From NCBI GenBank assembly GCA_039964305.1, contig JBDVXS010000103.1, forward strand, positions 281-64,280: a stretch of 64,000 nucleotides of DNA, written 5' to 3'. Made by a program: the position numbers and the translations under genes. Positions within the stretch are counted from its first letter, which is position 1. Every line of letters starts with the position of its first letter. Shown piece by piece: positions 38,548 to 49,400 of this stretch. The notes under the pieces were generated by a model. It did no database searches and was not told the origin of the DNA. It saw only the letters and a program-made list of their open reading frames with translations. The DNA is from Hyphomicrobiales bacterium (GTDB lineage Bacteria; Pseudomonadota; Alphaproteobacteria; Rhizobiales; JACESI01).

Positions 38548-38973
38548 TTGAGCCTTACAACAAAGATTGAACGAGAAGTTGTCGTGATTAGCAGCTGGAC
38601 TGTGTTCGGAATTTTAGGACTTGGCTTCCTTCTTGAAGGTGGTGTCCGTGATAACTTCTTGATCGGTGTTTTTGGAATAGGTGTCTTGGTGGTGGGCTTC
38701 TTGTGCCACCTTGTCGCGAATTATGTTTTTAAGCAGAGCTTTTCCAAGGGTGAAGTGGCGCTGGGTTTAGGCGTGTTTGTTACGTCAACAATTGTATTCA
38801 TTGTTGGTTGGCTTGCGGGTTCGCTCTCTGAAACAAGTTTTTTCATTGGGTTGACCGCACTCTCAATTATCGTTGCTGGGTTCATTGTTAATCTGACCAC
38901 CCGGTATGGGGTTAGTGGTGCGTTTCATAAATTCGACGTCTCTGCAAAGTCTCATTCGAGGCATCGAAAATGA
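38548..38973 (+). CDS. Small integral membrane protein (about 4 TM)
   Basis: AAGGAGG RBS before TTG, four hydrophobic segments and ATGA overlap with the symporter gene. Confidence 0.75.
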   Translation: MSLTTKIEREVVVISSWTVFGILGLGFLLEGGVRDNFLIGVFGIGVLVVGFLCHLVANYVFKQSFSKGEVALGLGVFVTSTIVFIVGWLAGSLSETSFFIGLTALSIIVAGFIVNLTTRYGVSGAFHKFDVSAKSHSRHRK

Positions 38974-40925
38974 GCCTGCTTGATCCTGTAATATGGCTAT
39001 TTCTTCTCTTGTTGTTTTATGGATTGATTTCTCTTTATTGGGCCCGATCAGCGTCCCTTTACAATCAATCAGAAGCTGATTTTTTCACAGCAGGCGGATC
39101 TCTTGCACCTTGGATGATGGCGCTTGGCCTTACAGGGGCCAGTATTTCTGCATGGATCATGCTGGGCTTTCCAAAGGCCATCGCCAATCAAGGTCTAGGT
39201 TTTGCAGTTCTTGCCCTTGCCGGAGTCGTCATCCCCCTGACAGGCGTGCTCTTCTTAAAGCCGCAATGGGCCATCGCCAAACGTCATGGGTATTCTAGTC
39301 AGGGTGAGATGTTGAATGCCTATTTCGGCGGCAAAGCAATCGGCATTCTTTCTGCAGGGGTTGCGTTGTTGATTGCTATCGGGTTCTCAGGAATCCAACT
39401 TCGTGCTGTCTCTCAATTGCTGGCTAACCTCTCTGGCAGTGCAGATCTATTTCCTCAATATGTCTTGGGAATAGCGTTTCTGGTTGCGGCCTACCTTATC
39501 ATCGGTGGGATGAGAGCTGTTGGATACCTCGGCGTATTGCAGACCGTTTTAATTGGCCTCACTCTAGCTGGATTAGGGCTTTTTGTTCTCATCACGCAGG
39601 GCGGGTTAGAACCAATCAGCCAAGCGTTAGGTGTTCTTGCTCAAAATCCAGATTCAATTTCTAAGGGATTGTTTGAGATTGCTGGGGTCATCCAATTTAC
39701 TGCCGGACATGGGGTTGACGATTCAATAACAAGTCAGTGGACCGCGATGATGATATTCAGCACCGCGCTTGCATTGATGGGTATCCAAGCAAGTCCAATG
39801 ATCACCCAATTGGTCATTGCTACACGCAATTCAAAAGGAATTGCAGCTGGACAGACATGGGTATTTGCAGGCTTTTTTGGCGCTCTTTTGGTCGGAGCCG
39901 TTGTTTTAATTGGTGTCACGGGAATTGGAAAAGGCGGAAATCCAATTGCGGACCTACTGGCAATCCTCTCAGAAAGTTCTCCTTGGTTCATGGCCATTGG
40001 TGCACTGGGATTTCTCGCCGCATTGCAACTCGTGATGGGTTTGAGTGTTCTCACCGCTGCAAACGCTGTGATCAAAGATGTCTACAAACCGTTTTTCCAT
40101 AAAGGCCTTTCAAGCAAGGACGAGTTGTTATTTGCCAGAGTCCTAATGGGACTTCTTATTCTCGCTGCAGCCTTGTTGGCTCTCCTAGGGCCATTTGTCC
40201 TGTCAGCGCTCAGTTCTGTAGCCCTACCAGCAGCCTTCCAATTATGGCCAGCCTTACTCGGTTTATGTTGGGTTAAATTTATAACAAGACAAGCTGTCTT
40301 AGCGGGCGCGGTGCTCGGACTGTTTGCTGTTTTTGTTACGGATACAGTCGGCATTCGCATGTTAGAATTCGTAGGCCTTGATTTGCCTTGGGGGCGGTGG
40401 CCTTGGACTATCCATTCTGCTGGATGGGGTATCTTCTTCAATGTGTTGGCTGTTCTTGTAATCTCCGCCATCACACAAGGGCGAGGGCATGCAAATATTG
40501 CTCCAGATATACGCAGCTTTTTGCGAACTTACATGAAACCTAAAGTTCAAAGCCGTGCACTAAAGCCTACTGCTTGGTCTGCGGTTCTTGCTTGGTTTTT
40601 CTTGGCTATTGGTCCCGGTGCTGTTCTTGGTAACACCGCATTCGGCAAGCCTTCTGAAGGCTTTGAAGTATGGATGATTGGCGTTCCATCTATTTGGGCG
40701 TGGACAATTCTATTTTGGGTTTTGGGTGTGTTTCTGGTTTGGTTCCTTTCATACAAAATGGAACTTGCATCAGAATCTGACGTTCAATTTACCCCAATCG
40801 AAGCCCTTCCCACGGCCACTATTCGAGACACTAAAATTCAAAAAGAAGAAGTGTTGCGTTTGGCATGGACGATTTCTGCAATCGCAACAATCATAACATT
40901 AACAACCTGGACATTTGGCTCGTGA
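38970..40925 (+). CDS. Sodium:solute symporter (SSS) family transporter
   Basis: DFFTAGGSL...ASISAWIMLGFP, YLIIGGMRAVGYLGVLQ and more than 13 TM segments. Confidence 0.82.
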   Translation: MSLLDPVIWLFLLLLFYGLISLYWARSASLYNQSEADFFTAGGSLAPWMMALGLTGASISAWIMLGFPKAIANQGLGFAVLALAGVVIPLTGVLFLKPQWAIAKRHGYSSQGEMLNAYFGGKAIGILSAGVALLIAIGFSGIQLRAVSQLLANLSGSADLFPQYVLGIAFLVAAYLIIGGMRAVGYLGVLQTVLIGLTLAGLGLFVLITQGGLEPISQALGVLAQNPDSISKGLFEIAGVIQFTAGHGVDDSITSQWTAMMIFSTALALMGIQASPMITQLVIATRNSKGIAAGQTWVFAGFFGALLVGAVVLIGVTGIGKGGNPIADLLAILSESSPWFMAIGALGFLAALQLVMGLSVLTAANAVIKDVYKPFFHKGLSSKDELLFARVLMGLLILAAALLALLGPFVLSALSSVALPAAFQLWPALLGLCWVKFITRQAVLAGAVLGLFAVFVTDTVGIRMLEFVGLDLPWGRWPWTIHSAGWGIFFNVLAVLVISAITQGRGHANIAPDIRSFLRTYMKPKVQSRALKPTAWSAVLAWFFLAIGPGAVLGNTAFGKPSEGFEVWMIGVPSIWAWTILFWVLGVFLVWFLSYKMELASESDVQFTPIEALPTATIRDTKIQKEEVLRLAWTISAIATIITLTTWTFGS

Positions 40926-40942
40926 GCCAAGAAAGAGACCCT

Positions 40943-42100
40943 ATGCCCCCCTTTATTTTCAATACAACAGCCAGCGTTAGATTTGGCGCAGGTTTGATGT
41001 CGCAGCTTGGCGAAATGGTAAAGGCCAGTATTGGGACACGTATTTTGCTGGTGACAGACCCTGGCATGATGACAACTGGTATTGTCGACAAAGCTTTGGA
41101 CATATTAAAAGCCGCTGGTGTTGATGTGGCGTTGTTCAAAGATGTTGAATCTGATCCCTCAGAGCAAGTCGTGCTCGCATGCGCCCAAGCGGCCATCGAC
41201 CATGGATCACAGGGGGTCGTTGGACTTGGTGGTGGATCATCCTTGGATGTTGCGAAACTGGCGGCCTTGCTTGCAACGGGCAATGAAAAGCTTACGGATG
41301 CTTATGGTGTCGGCAATGCAAAGGGACCACGCTTGCCGTTAATTCTTGTGCCAACAACCTCTGGTACAGGCTCGGAAGTGACGCCTATTTCGATTGTTAC
41401 CACGGGCACCAATGAAAAAATGGGTGTCGTCTCACCCGTGATTATTCCAGATATAGCCTTGCTTGACCCAGAACTAACTTTGGGACTGCCATCACACATC
41501 ACAGCGGCAACAGGCATTGATGCCATGGTACATGCGATTGAGGCCTACGCCTCTGCTAGTGCCAACAATAATCCAATCTCTCGCATGTTGGCAGAAAAAG
41601 CACTTCAGTTGATGGGGCCTTCGCTTTTGGCGGTTGTTAATGATGGATCGGCTATTGAAAGCCGTTCCGCTATGTTGTTGGGATCAATGTTGGCAGGCCA
41701 AGCGTTTGCCAACTCACCGGTCGCGGCCGTTCATGCATTAGCCTATCCACTTGGTGGCCATTTCCATATTCCGCATGGGCTTTCTAATGCTCTCGTGTTG
41801 CCCCACGTTTTGCGCTTCAATTGCGTAGTCGCTCCGCAACCTTATGCGGAATTGGCACCGTTTGCTTTTCCTGAATTGGCAAAATTAGAGGGCCAAGAAC
41901 GCGCAAGCGCCTTTTGCGATTCTTTGGCTGACCTCTCGCAAAAATGTGGCCTTCAGCAAAGTCTCAAAGAAATGGGCATCCCAAGAGAAACCCTTCCCAA
42001 GCTTGCAAGCGATGCGATGAACCAAACGCGTCTTCTCGTAAACAATCCGCGTGAAGTTAAACTAGCCGACGCATTGGCAATCTATGAAGCTGCCTACTAA
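40943..42100 (+). CDS. attL: Iron-containing alcohol dehydrogenase, AttL/BlcB (4-hydroxybutyrate dehydrogenase)-like
   Basis: GLGGGSSLD, PTTSGTGSEVT, GIDAMVHAIE, AFANSPVAAVHALAYPLGGHFHIPHGLSN and QTRLLVNNP. Confidence 0.82.
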   Translation: MPPFIFNTTASVRFGAGLMSQLGEMVKASIGTRILLVTDPGMMTTGIVDKALDILKAAGVDVALFKDVESDPSEQVVLACAQAAIDHGSQGVVGLGGGSSLDVAKLAALLATGNEKLTDAYGVGNAKGPRLPLILVPTTSGTGSEVTPISIVTTGTNEKMGVVSPVIIPDIALLDPELTLGLPSHITAATGIDAMVHAIEAYASASANNNPISRMLAEKALQLMGPSLLAVVNDGSAIESRSAMLLGSMLAGQAFANSPVAAVHALAYPLGGHFHIPHGLSNALVLPHVLRFNCVVAPQPYAELAPFAFPELAKLEGQERASAFCDSLADLSQKCGLQQSLKEMGIPRETLPKLASDAMNQTRLLVNNPREVKLADALAIYEAAY

Positions 42101-42113
42101 TTCAGGCCCTATG

Positions 42114-42140
42114 AAAGAGCGTTAAATGCCGCTCTTTTTT
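42114..42140 (+). terminator. Rho-independent terminator closing the accessory operon
   Basis: aaagagcg-ttaaatgc-cgctcttttttt. Confidence 0.8.
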
Positions 42141-42360
42141 ACTAATCGTTTTTAAGAGGAAGGTGGAGGCTGTCGCTGAAACGCGGGTCGCCTTGTGCTA
42201 GTTCTATTTTCCTCCACGAGACGATCTTCCCAAAATTGAGTGGTTCCTCATGACTATGGTACACCTATAAGATATCGTGTTGATCAGGTGTTGGGGCATC
42301 TTCATGGGTGAAGGTAATCACGCCACCACGATACGTCTATTGATAGGGGAGTGAGGCTAC

Positions 42361-43212
42361 ATGGTTGAACGAATGGTGAGGCCACGGCGTAGTTTTATTT
42401 TTGCACCGGGCCTAAAGCCTGCCATGTTCCCAAAAGCACTGGCGAGTGGTGCGGATATCGTTTGCGTGGAGCTTGAAGATGGTGTTGCACCAAAAGACAA
42501 GGCAACCGCCCGCGCCAATGTGATGGCAATGTTTGCTGAGCCGCAAGCGGATGATGGGGTGGAGCGGATTGTTCGCATTAATTGTGTTAAGGATGAGTTT
42601 GGCAAAGCGGATCTTGAAGCGATTATAAAGACCGACACACCGCCGCCCGCCTTAATGCTACCTAAAGTAAAGTCGCCAGATGAAGTGGTGGCTGTTGATC
42701 AAATGCTCACCGAGCGCGGGCATGATTGCCGTCTACAAATCATCATAGAGACCAACGAGGGGCTGGAAGCTGCTGTTGCTATTGCCAATTCAAGTAAGCG
42801 GATTGATGCGCTTTTGTTTGGTGGGGTCGATATGGCAGCGGATCTTCGGTGCGCTCAAACATGGGATGCTTTGTTATACGCCCGCGCGCGCACCGTTCAT
42901 GCTGCGGCCTCTGCCGGTATTGATGTGATCGATGTGCCGCATCTGGATCTTGATGATCGTGAGGGCATGATCGAGGCGGCAAAGCGGGCAAAGGAACTTG
43001 GGTTTTCTGGTAAAGGCTCAATCCACCCCAAGCAGATCGCAGATCTCAACGCTGTCTTCACGCCGAGTGAAGCTGAAATCGCACGTGCAAAGCAGATCGT
43101 TCAAGCCTTTGATGGGGCTGATACGGCGCTGGTTGTGATTGATGGAAAGCTAATTGAAAAGCCCGTTTTGCGCGAAATGCGCAGAGTTTTGGCTATTTCC
43201 GAAAAATTTTGA
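42361..43212 (+). CDS. CitE/HpcH-family CoA-ester lyase
   Basis: RRSFIFAPG, ELEDGVAP, VRIN, LPKV, IIET, GKGSIHPKQI and VFTPSEAEI. Confidence 0.9.
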   Translation: MVERMVRPRRSFIFAPGLKPAMFPKALASGADIVCVELEDGVAPKDKATARANVMAMFAEPQADDGVERIVRINCVKDEFGKADLEAIIKTDTPPPALMLPKVKSPDEVVAVDQMLTERGHDCRLQIIIETNEGLEAAVAIANSSKRIDALLFGGVDMAADLRCAQTWDALLYARARTVHAAASAGIDVIDVPHLDLDDREGMIEAAKRAKELGFSGKGSIHPKQIADLNAVFTPSEAEIARAKQIVQAFDGADTALVVIDGKLIEKPVLREMRRVLAISEKF

Positions 43213-43451
43213 CGCTGACAGAAATTGTTCTTGGTGACAGTTCTCGATGGTGCGTTGATATGAGGTTTTCAAGAGGTACTTGATATAAACTATTGAACTT
43301 AAGAATAAATCTAGGATGTAGTCAGTATTTTTTAAATACTGGCAAGTTTGACGCCTAATAGTTGGTATTGAGTTTTTCAATGAATTAGGGGTTTGTTAGC
43401 CATCTTGATGCTATTTTCTTGGGAGCTGGGTTTTTTGTGGGTGTATTGAGT

Positions 43452-46400
43452 ATGAAACTGGTTCCTGAAAACGGACTGAATCCGACCGCGCTTGAGAAAG
43501 AGTTGAACGGGCAAGTTGAAACGCAATTTGCACAATTGGATGCACCCACTTCACAACGTGAGGTGCCCAATGAAACTGAACTTGATCCTGAAATAACTCC
43601 TTTCAATGTAATCCCTGAGGATTTCGTGCCAGCCCGTGATGGCGGCGTTGATGGTCGCGGTGCCTTTGGTGGTAACCGACTTCTCAGTGTTATTAAAAGA
43701 GCATTGGCAGATGATTTAGATCTCCCGCAAGCGCTTGGTAATGAGCGCAACATTTTTCAAAGTACTGCTGACACAATTGAAGCAAACCGCTTCACTCCTT
43801 TTTACGAGGGGAGTGCAACGGGCTTCTCTACGGGTAATTTCTTGTCGTCCGTTTCTAATTTTGGACTGACGGGGCCATTCTCGTCCATTGCTTTTGCACC
43901 ACCACACCTAGCACCGTTGCTTGATGAGAGCATTGAGCGTTTGATCCAATTTGATCCGTTTGATGATCTGCAGCCAATTGATCGTTCCAATAATGTTGAG
44001 ACGATAAGGTTGGATGCCGAAATTACAGAAACCTATGCTTGGCCTGAGGACAATGTTTTAATAGCGTCGCTGTTTGCTGAGGACGTGACGGATTTTAACC
44101 CGACGATCATAACGGAACCTTTGAACGGCACGATAGTATTCAAAGCCGATGGCAGTTTTTCCTTTACGCCAGATACAGATTATTCAGGCATTCAAACTGT
44201 CGTTATTCAGTTTATAGATCCTAACAACGGTAGTGTCCGTATTGAGACCATCACGATTGATGTGACCCCTGTGTTAGATGCACCTGTGCTTTTGGATGGG
44301 GCAACAACTGTCAATGAAGACAATACGATACCTCTTGGGCAAGATATCGACATTACGATAGACGATGCCACCGATGGCTCGCAAACCTTGGAAATTACAC
44401 TGGCGGGAATACCAGCTGGAGTTGTTGTTACAGCAACGACTTTCGGTGATGTAACGCTCGTTCAACAGCCTGACGGCAGCTATGTATTGTCAGGTGGAAC
44501 GCCCGCTGATGTGCTTGCTGTCCTTGATACGCTCGTGTTGGATGCACCAGAACACAATGCTGATGATTTTGTGGTCACAGTCAGCGCAACAGCGACAGAA
44601 GAAGATGGGACGACTGAGACTGTTACAGCTGAACACAGCGTAACAATTGTCGATGTTGCAGACCAACCAACCGTGGTTGGCGGCGCGTTTGAGACGGACG
44701 AAGATGTTCCCGTTCTCCTAGAGGGCCTTGATGGTGGTCTGGTTGATGGTGATGGTTCTGAGGTATTGAGCTTTACCCTGTCTGATGTGCCTGCTGGTGC
44801 CAATTTTAATGGTGCTGGAACGTTTGATGCGACAACTGGTCTTTGGACCTTTACGGCTGCTGAAATTGAGGCTGGACTAACGTTTGTTCCGCCACCAGAA
44901 GAAGACGGCACATTTGTCTTTACGATTACAGCGATTGCGACTGAAAGTGAGAACGGTGATCAAGCCTCCGTGTCTGCGCCTGTAACTGTCGTTATTGCGC
45001 CTGTTGTGGATCCGGTGATTGCGTTAAACGCACAAAGCAGCGGGCCAGAAGACGAGCCAATCGCACTTGGTAGTGATATCGATTTTACGTTGGACGATCC
45101 TACTGGCGAACAAAGTCTTGAAGTGGAATTGGACGGTATTCCGCCACTTGCAACAATTGATTTTACAGCTGTTCCAGGTGTTAGCGTCGTTGATAACCGT
45201 GCAACTGGCGGTACGCTGGTTATTTCCGGTGCAAATTCAAACGATGTACAGGCTTTGCTTGAAACATTGACGGTGACGCCCGAATTGCACAACGCGGATG
45301 ATTTTAATGTTGATGTGACGCTGACAACAACAGAAGCGGGTGAACCGCCGCAATCTGTATCTGTTACACAAACTGTGGTGGTGACACCCGTTGTCGACGC
45401 CCCAACAGTATCTCCCGATGTTACCTTCAATACCGACGAAGATACCGCCGTCACTTTGACTGGTCTTGGTGGTGCGCTGGTCGATCAAGATGGTTCAGAG
45501 ACGCTTTCGTTTGAATTGACCAATGTGCCTGAGGGTGCTTCGTTTGGCGGGGCGGGGACACTTGATCCTGATACAGGTGTTTGGACCTTCACACCGGCTG
45601 AGATTGCTGCTGGTATCACCTTTGAGCCGCCAGAACATTTGGATGGCACATTCGAATTTGAATTCATCGCAGTCTCAACGGAGACGGAAACAGGTGAACA
45701 GGCGCGAACAGCATCAACAGTAACAATTGTCGTTGAAGCGGAAGCTGATGCGCCAGTGGTTTCTGGAAGTTCGTCGATCAATGAAGACAGCACCCTGCCG
45801 CTTGGTGACGACATTAACATTGCTCTTGTGGACCAAGATGGGTCAGAGACACTCGGTGTGACCATTTCGGGTTTCCCGTTTGCGGATGTTGATCAAATCA
45901 ATTTCACGAATGTGGGCGGCGCTGTTGCTACTTATGATCCGGCAACGGGAACGCTTACTATTTCAGGCGGTACGGCCCAAGATGTACTCGATACACTTGC
46001 AACGGTTACAGGCACGCCAACTGAACATGATGACCAAGATTTCGACCTAACGATTAGCGCAACCACGACTGATTCAGATGGTTCAACGGCGACGACGAAC
46101 CATACTCATCCTGTAACAGTAACAGCGGTTGCTGATGGTGTAACGATTGCGGGTAGCTCAACAGGTTTAGAAGATACACCGATTGTTGTCGGTGCTAATA
46201 TTGGCCTTACCGTGATCGATGCTGATGGCACTGAACATATTACAGGTGTTACCATTGGCAGCATCCCGACAGGTCCTAATGCGCCTGAAAGTGTAACGCT
46301 TGATGGTAGTGAACCAGCGACTGTTTCATTCAACTATGATGCGGCAACAGGTGAAGTGACGATCACGTCGAGCAATTCTGACTTGGCTGCAGCCGATGCG

Positions 46401-49400
46401 GAGATCCGCGCAGCACTGGCAACGCTGACGATTACACCTAATGAAGATAGTGACGAAGACTTCACGCTCGATGTTGCTGTTGATGTGCTGGATAATGATG
46501 GTTCAACGACCACCAGTAATGGCACGCATGAGGTGACGGTCACAGCGGTTGTTGATGGTGTAACGATCACAGGTTCGTCTACAGGTACTGAAGATACGCC
46601 GATTACCATTGGTGCCGATATTGGTATTGCCGAGATTGATGCAGATGGTTCAGAACATGTCACAGGTGTGACAATTACGGATATTCCGACAGGTCCTAAT
46701 GCGCCTGAAAGTGTAACGCTTGATGGTAGTGAACCAGCGACTGTTTCATTCAGCTATGATGCAGCAACAGGTGAAGTGACGATCACGTCGAGCAATCCTG
46801 ACTTGGCTGCAGCCGATGCGGAAATCCGCGCTGCACTAGCAACATTGACGATTACACCGAATGAGCACAGCGACGATGACTTCACGCTTAATGTTGCCGT
46901 TGATGTAACCGATAATGACGGTTCAACCACCACCAACAATGCGTCCCATGCAGTAACAGTAACAGCGGTTGCTGATGCGCCAACTGCCAATGCAGATGTA
47001 GCAATAACAACGAATGAAGATGCCGATATTGCGATACCGGGCATTGGTGCGGCTGCAAGTCTGGATGCTGATGGTTCTGAAACGCTGACTTTTGTTGTGT
47101 CGGGCGTACCTGCAGGGGCGAGCTTTGCCACGGGTACTGACAATGGCGATGGTACCTTTACGTTTACTGCAGCCGAGCTTGCTGCTGATCCGGTGTTCAC
47201 ACCGCCAGCGGGCTTTTCTGGTCAAATCGACTTGACCCTCACAGCACGTTCCACAGAAGCGCGCGACAATGGCGACGGGCTGAACTTTGAAGAAGATAGT
47301 CACGACATCACTATCATAGTGAACCCAGTCGTTGATCCTGCGACATTTGGTGGCTCGGGCTCTGAAATTGTCAATGAAGACACTGAGATTAACATTGGCC
47401 AAAACATCGATATCATGATCGATGATGCGACAGATGGCTCAACGGATGCTGATATTACCTTTAGCGGTATTCCTGCTGACGCGACGATAAACTTTGATGC
47501 CTTTGCTGGCATCAACGTAATCGACACACGTGCGACTGATGGCAATATTACCTTTGATATTCCAAGCGGATCGTCGGCGTTGGTTCAAGATTTACTTGAT
47601 CTGATTGATACGTTTACGGTGACACCAGCGGAAGACGCGGATGCAAATTTCACTGTTGGTGTGGAAGTAACCATCAATGAAATTGGTTCCGGTCTTGCGC
47701 CTGAAACGACAACCTTTGATCATGCTGTGACAGTGCAAGCGGTTGCGGATGCGCCGACTGTTTCTGGCTCTGGTGGCGATGTAGAAGATGCCACAACGCC
47801 AATTAGCGTACCGATTACCGTTGGACTTACTGATACGGATGGGTCTGAGGAAATCACTGAGGTGGTGATTGGTGATATTCCAGACGCTGCAACATTTGCG
47901 TTTACTGATCCGCTGCCTGCCGGTGTCACAATTGGTACTGTAACAGCAGCTGGCATCGAAACGGTGACAGTTACGATCGATCCAGATGTGTTCACTGGTG
48001 GCGTTGCTGGTTTGAATGACTTCTTAGCAACAGCAACGATTATACCGCCAGCCAGTTCTGGTGATGACATTAATTTGTCGGTAGCGGCAACATCCACTGA
48101 AACGACGCCAACAGAACCCGGCGATGTAAGTGGTGGTATTGCTGTTCCAACAGCAACGACGACTTCAACTGTGGTTGTCGATATTGTACCGGTTGCCGAT
48201 GTGCCCAATGTTGTGGCACCTGATGACCGAGTTATCGATGAAGATGCAACGATCACGTTGACGGGACAGTCGGGCAGCTTGAACGATAATGATGGTTCTG
48301 AAACGCTGACCTACCAGATTACAGCAAACAGCTTGCCGGCTGGTGTTAATCTTGCTGATTTGAACTTTACGACGGCCAGTGGCGATCCAATTCCATTTGC
48401 TAACGGTGCGTTCCAGTTGACGGCAACGCAACTAGCGGGCCTTCAATTTGCACCGGCTGAAAATGCTGATGGTGTGTTTGATTTACGGATCACAGCCACT
48501 GCAACAGATGCAGCAACGGATGATCCAGAAACAACGGCGACAGCGTTCGATGATTTTGTCATCACAGTTGCGCCAGTTGTGGATGCACCACTTGTTTCAG
48601 GCTCAACCACAGTCAATGAAGATGTTGGTGGCACAGGGGTTGTCAACTTCGGTACAAACATCAATGTTAGACTTGATGATGATGATGGCAGTGAGGCTAT
48701 TTCATCTGTTACCTTGTCAAACTTTGCTGGACCAGCAGGAACAATTTCGTTTGATGCTTCTGACCCGAACATCACAATTGATACGTCGACACCTGGTTCA
48801 TTTGTTATCACATCAAGCCGCACAGGTGCAGATGGTGAAGCGGATATTCAAGCAGCCATTGATAGCTTTGAGCTAACGCTTGAGACCCATAACGATGCGA
48901 ATATTACCTTTGATGTGACAGCGGTTAGTACGCAACTTTCCGATAACACGACGGCTTCAGCAGGCCCGACCAGCCATTTGATCCGTGTACGGGCGGTGGC
49001 AGATGCTCCAACCGCAACGGCCAACGATGTTTCTGGTTTAGAGGACACACCGATCGCGCTTAATCTATCAGCGGTAGATTCTGCTGATAGTGATGGCTCA
49101 GAAACTTTGTCTGCGCGCATATCCGGCTTTCCAGATGGATCATCAATCACCTCAACACTCGGCACCTTGCCTGGAAATGGCAATATATCATCCGCCAATA
49201 ATGTGTTCACGGTGACAGCAGATACAACGGCTGATCTCAATGTGATCCTTGCATCTTTGCAAGTCAATCTCACTGAAAATTTCCCAACTCCATCCGCTAG
49301 TAGCTTTACCGGCACACTAGAAGTGATTTCAACAGAAGCGGCCACAGGCATTGAAGTTGCCGTTGCGCAAGCGGTTGATACAACAACATTTACAGTTGAT

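Noticed and set aside
42141..42360. Possible attR copy of the tRNA 3' end (cacgccacca)
   Set aside because: Too short and mismatched against ccctccgcgcctacca.
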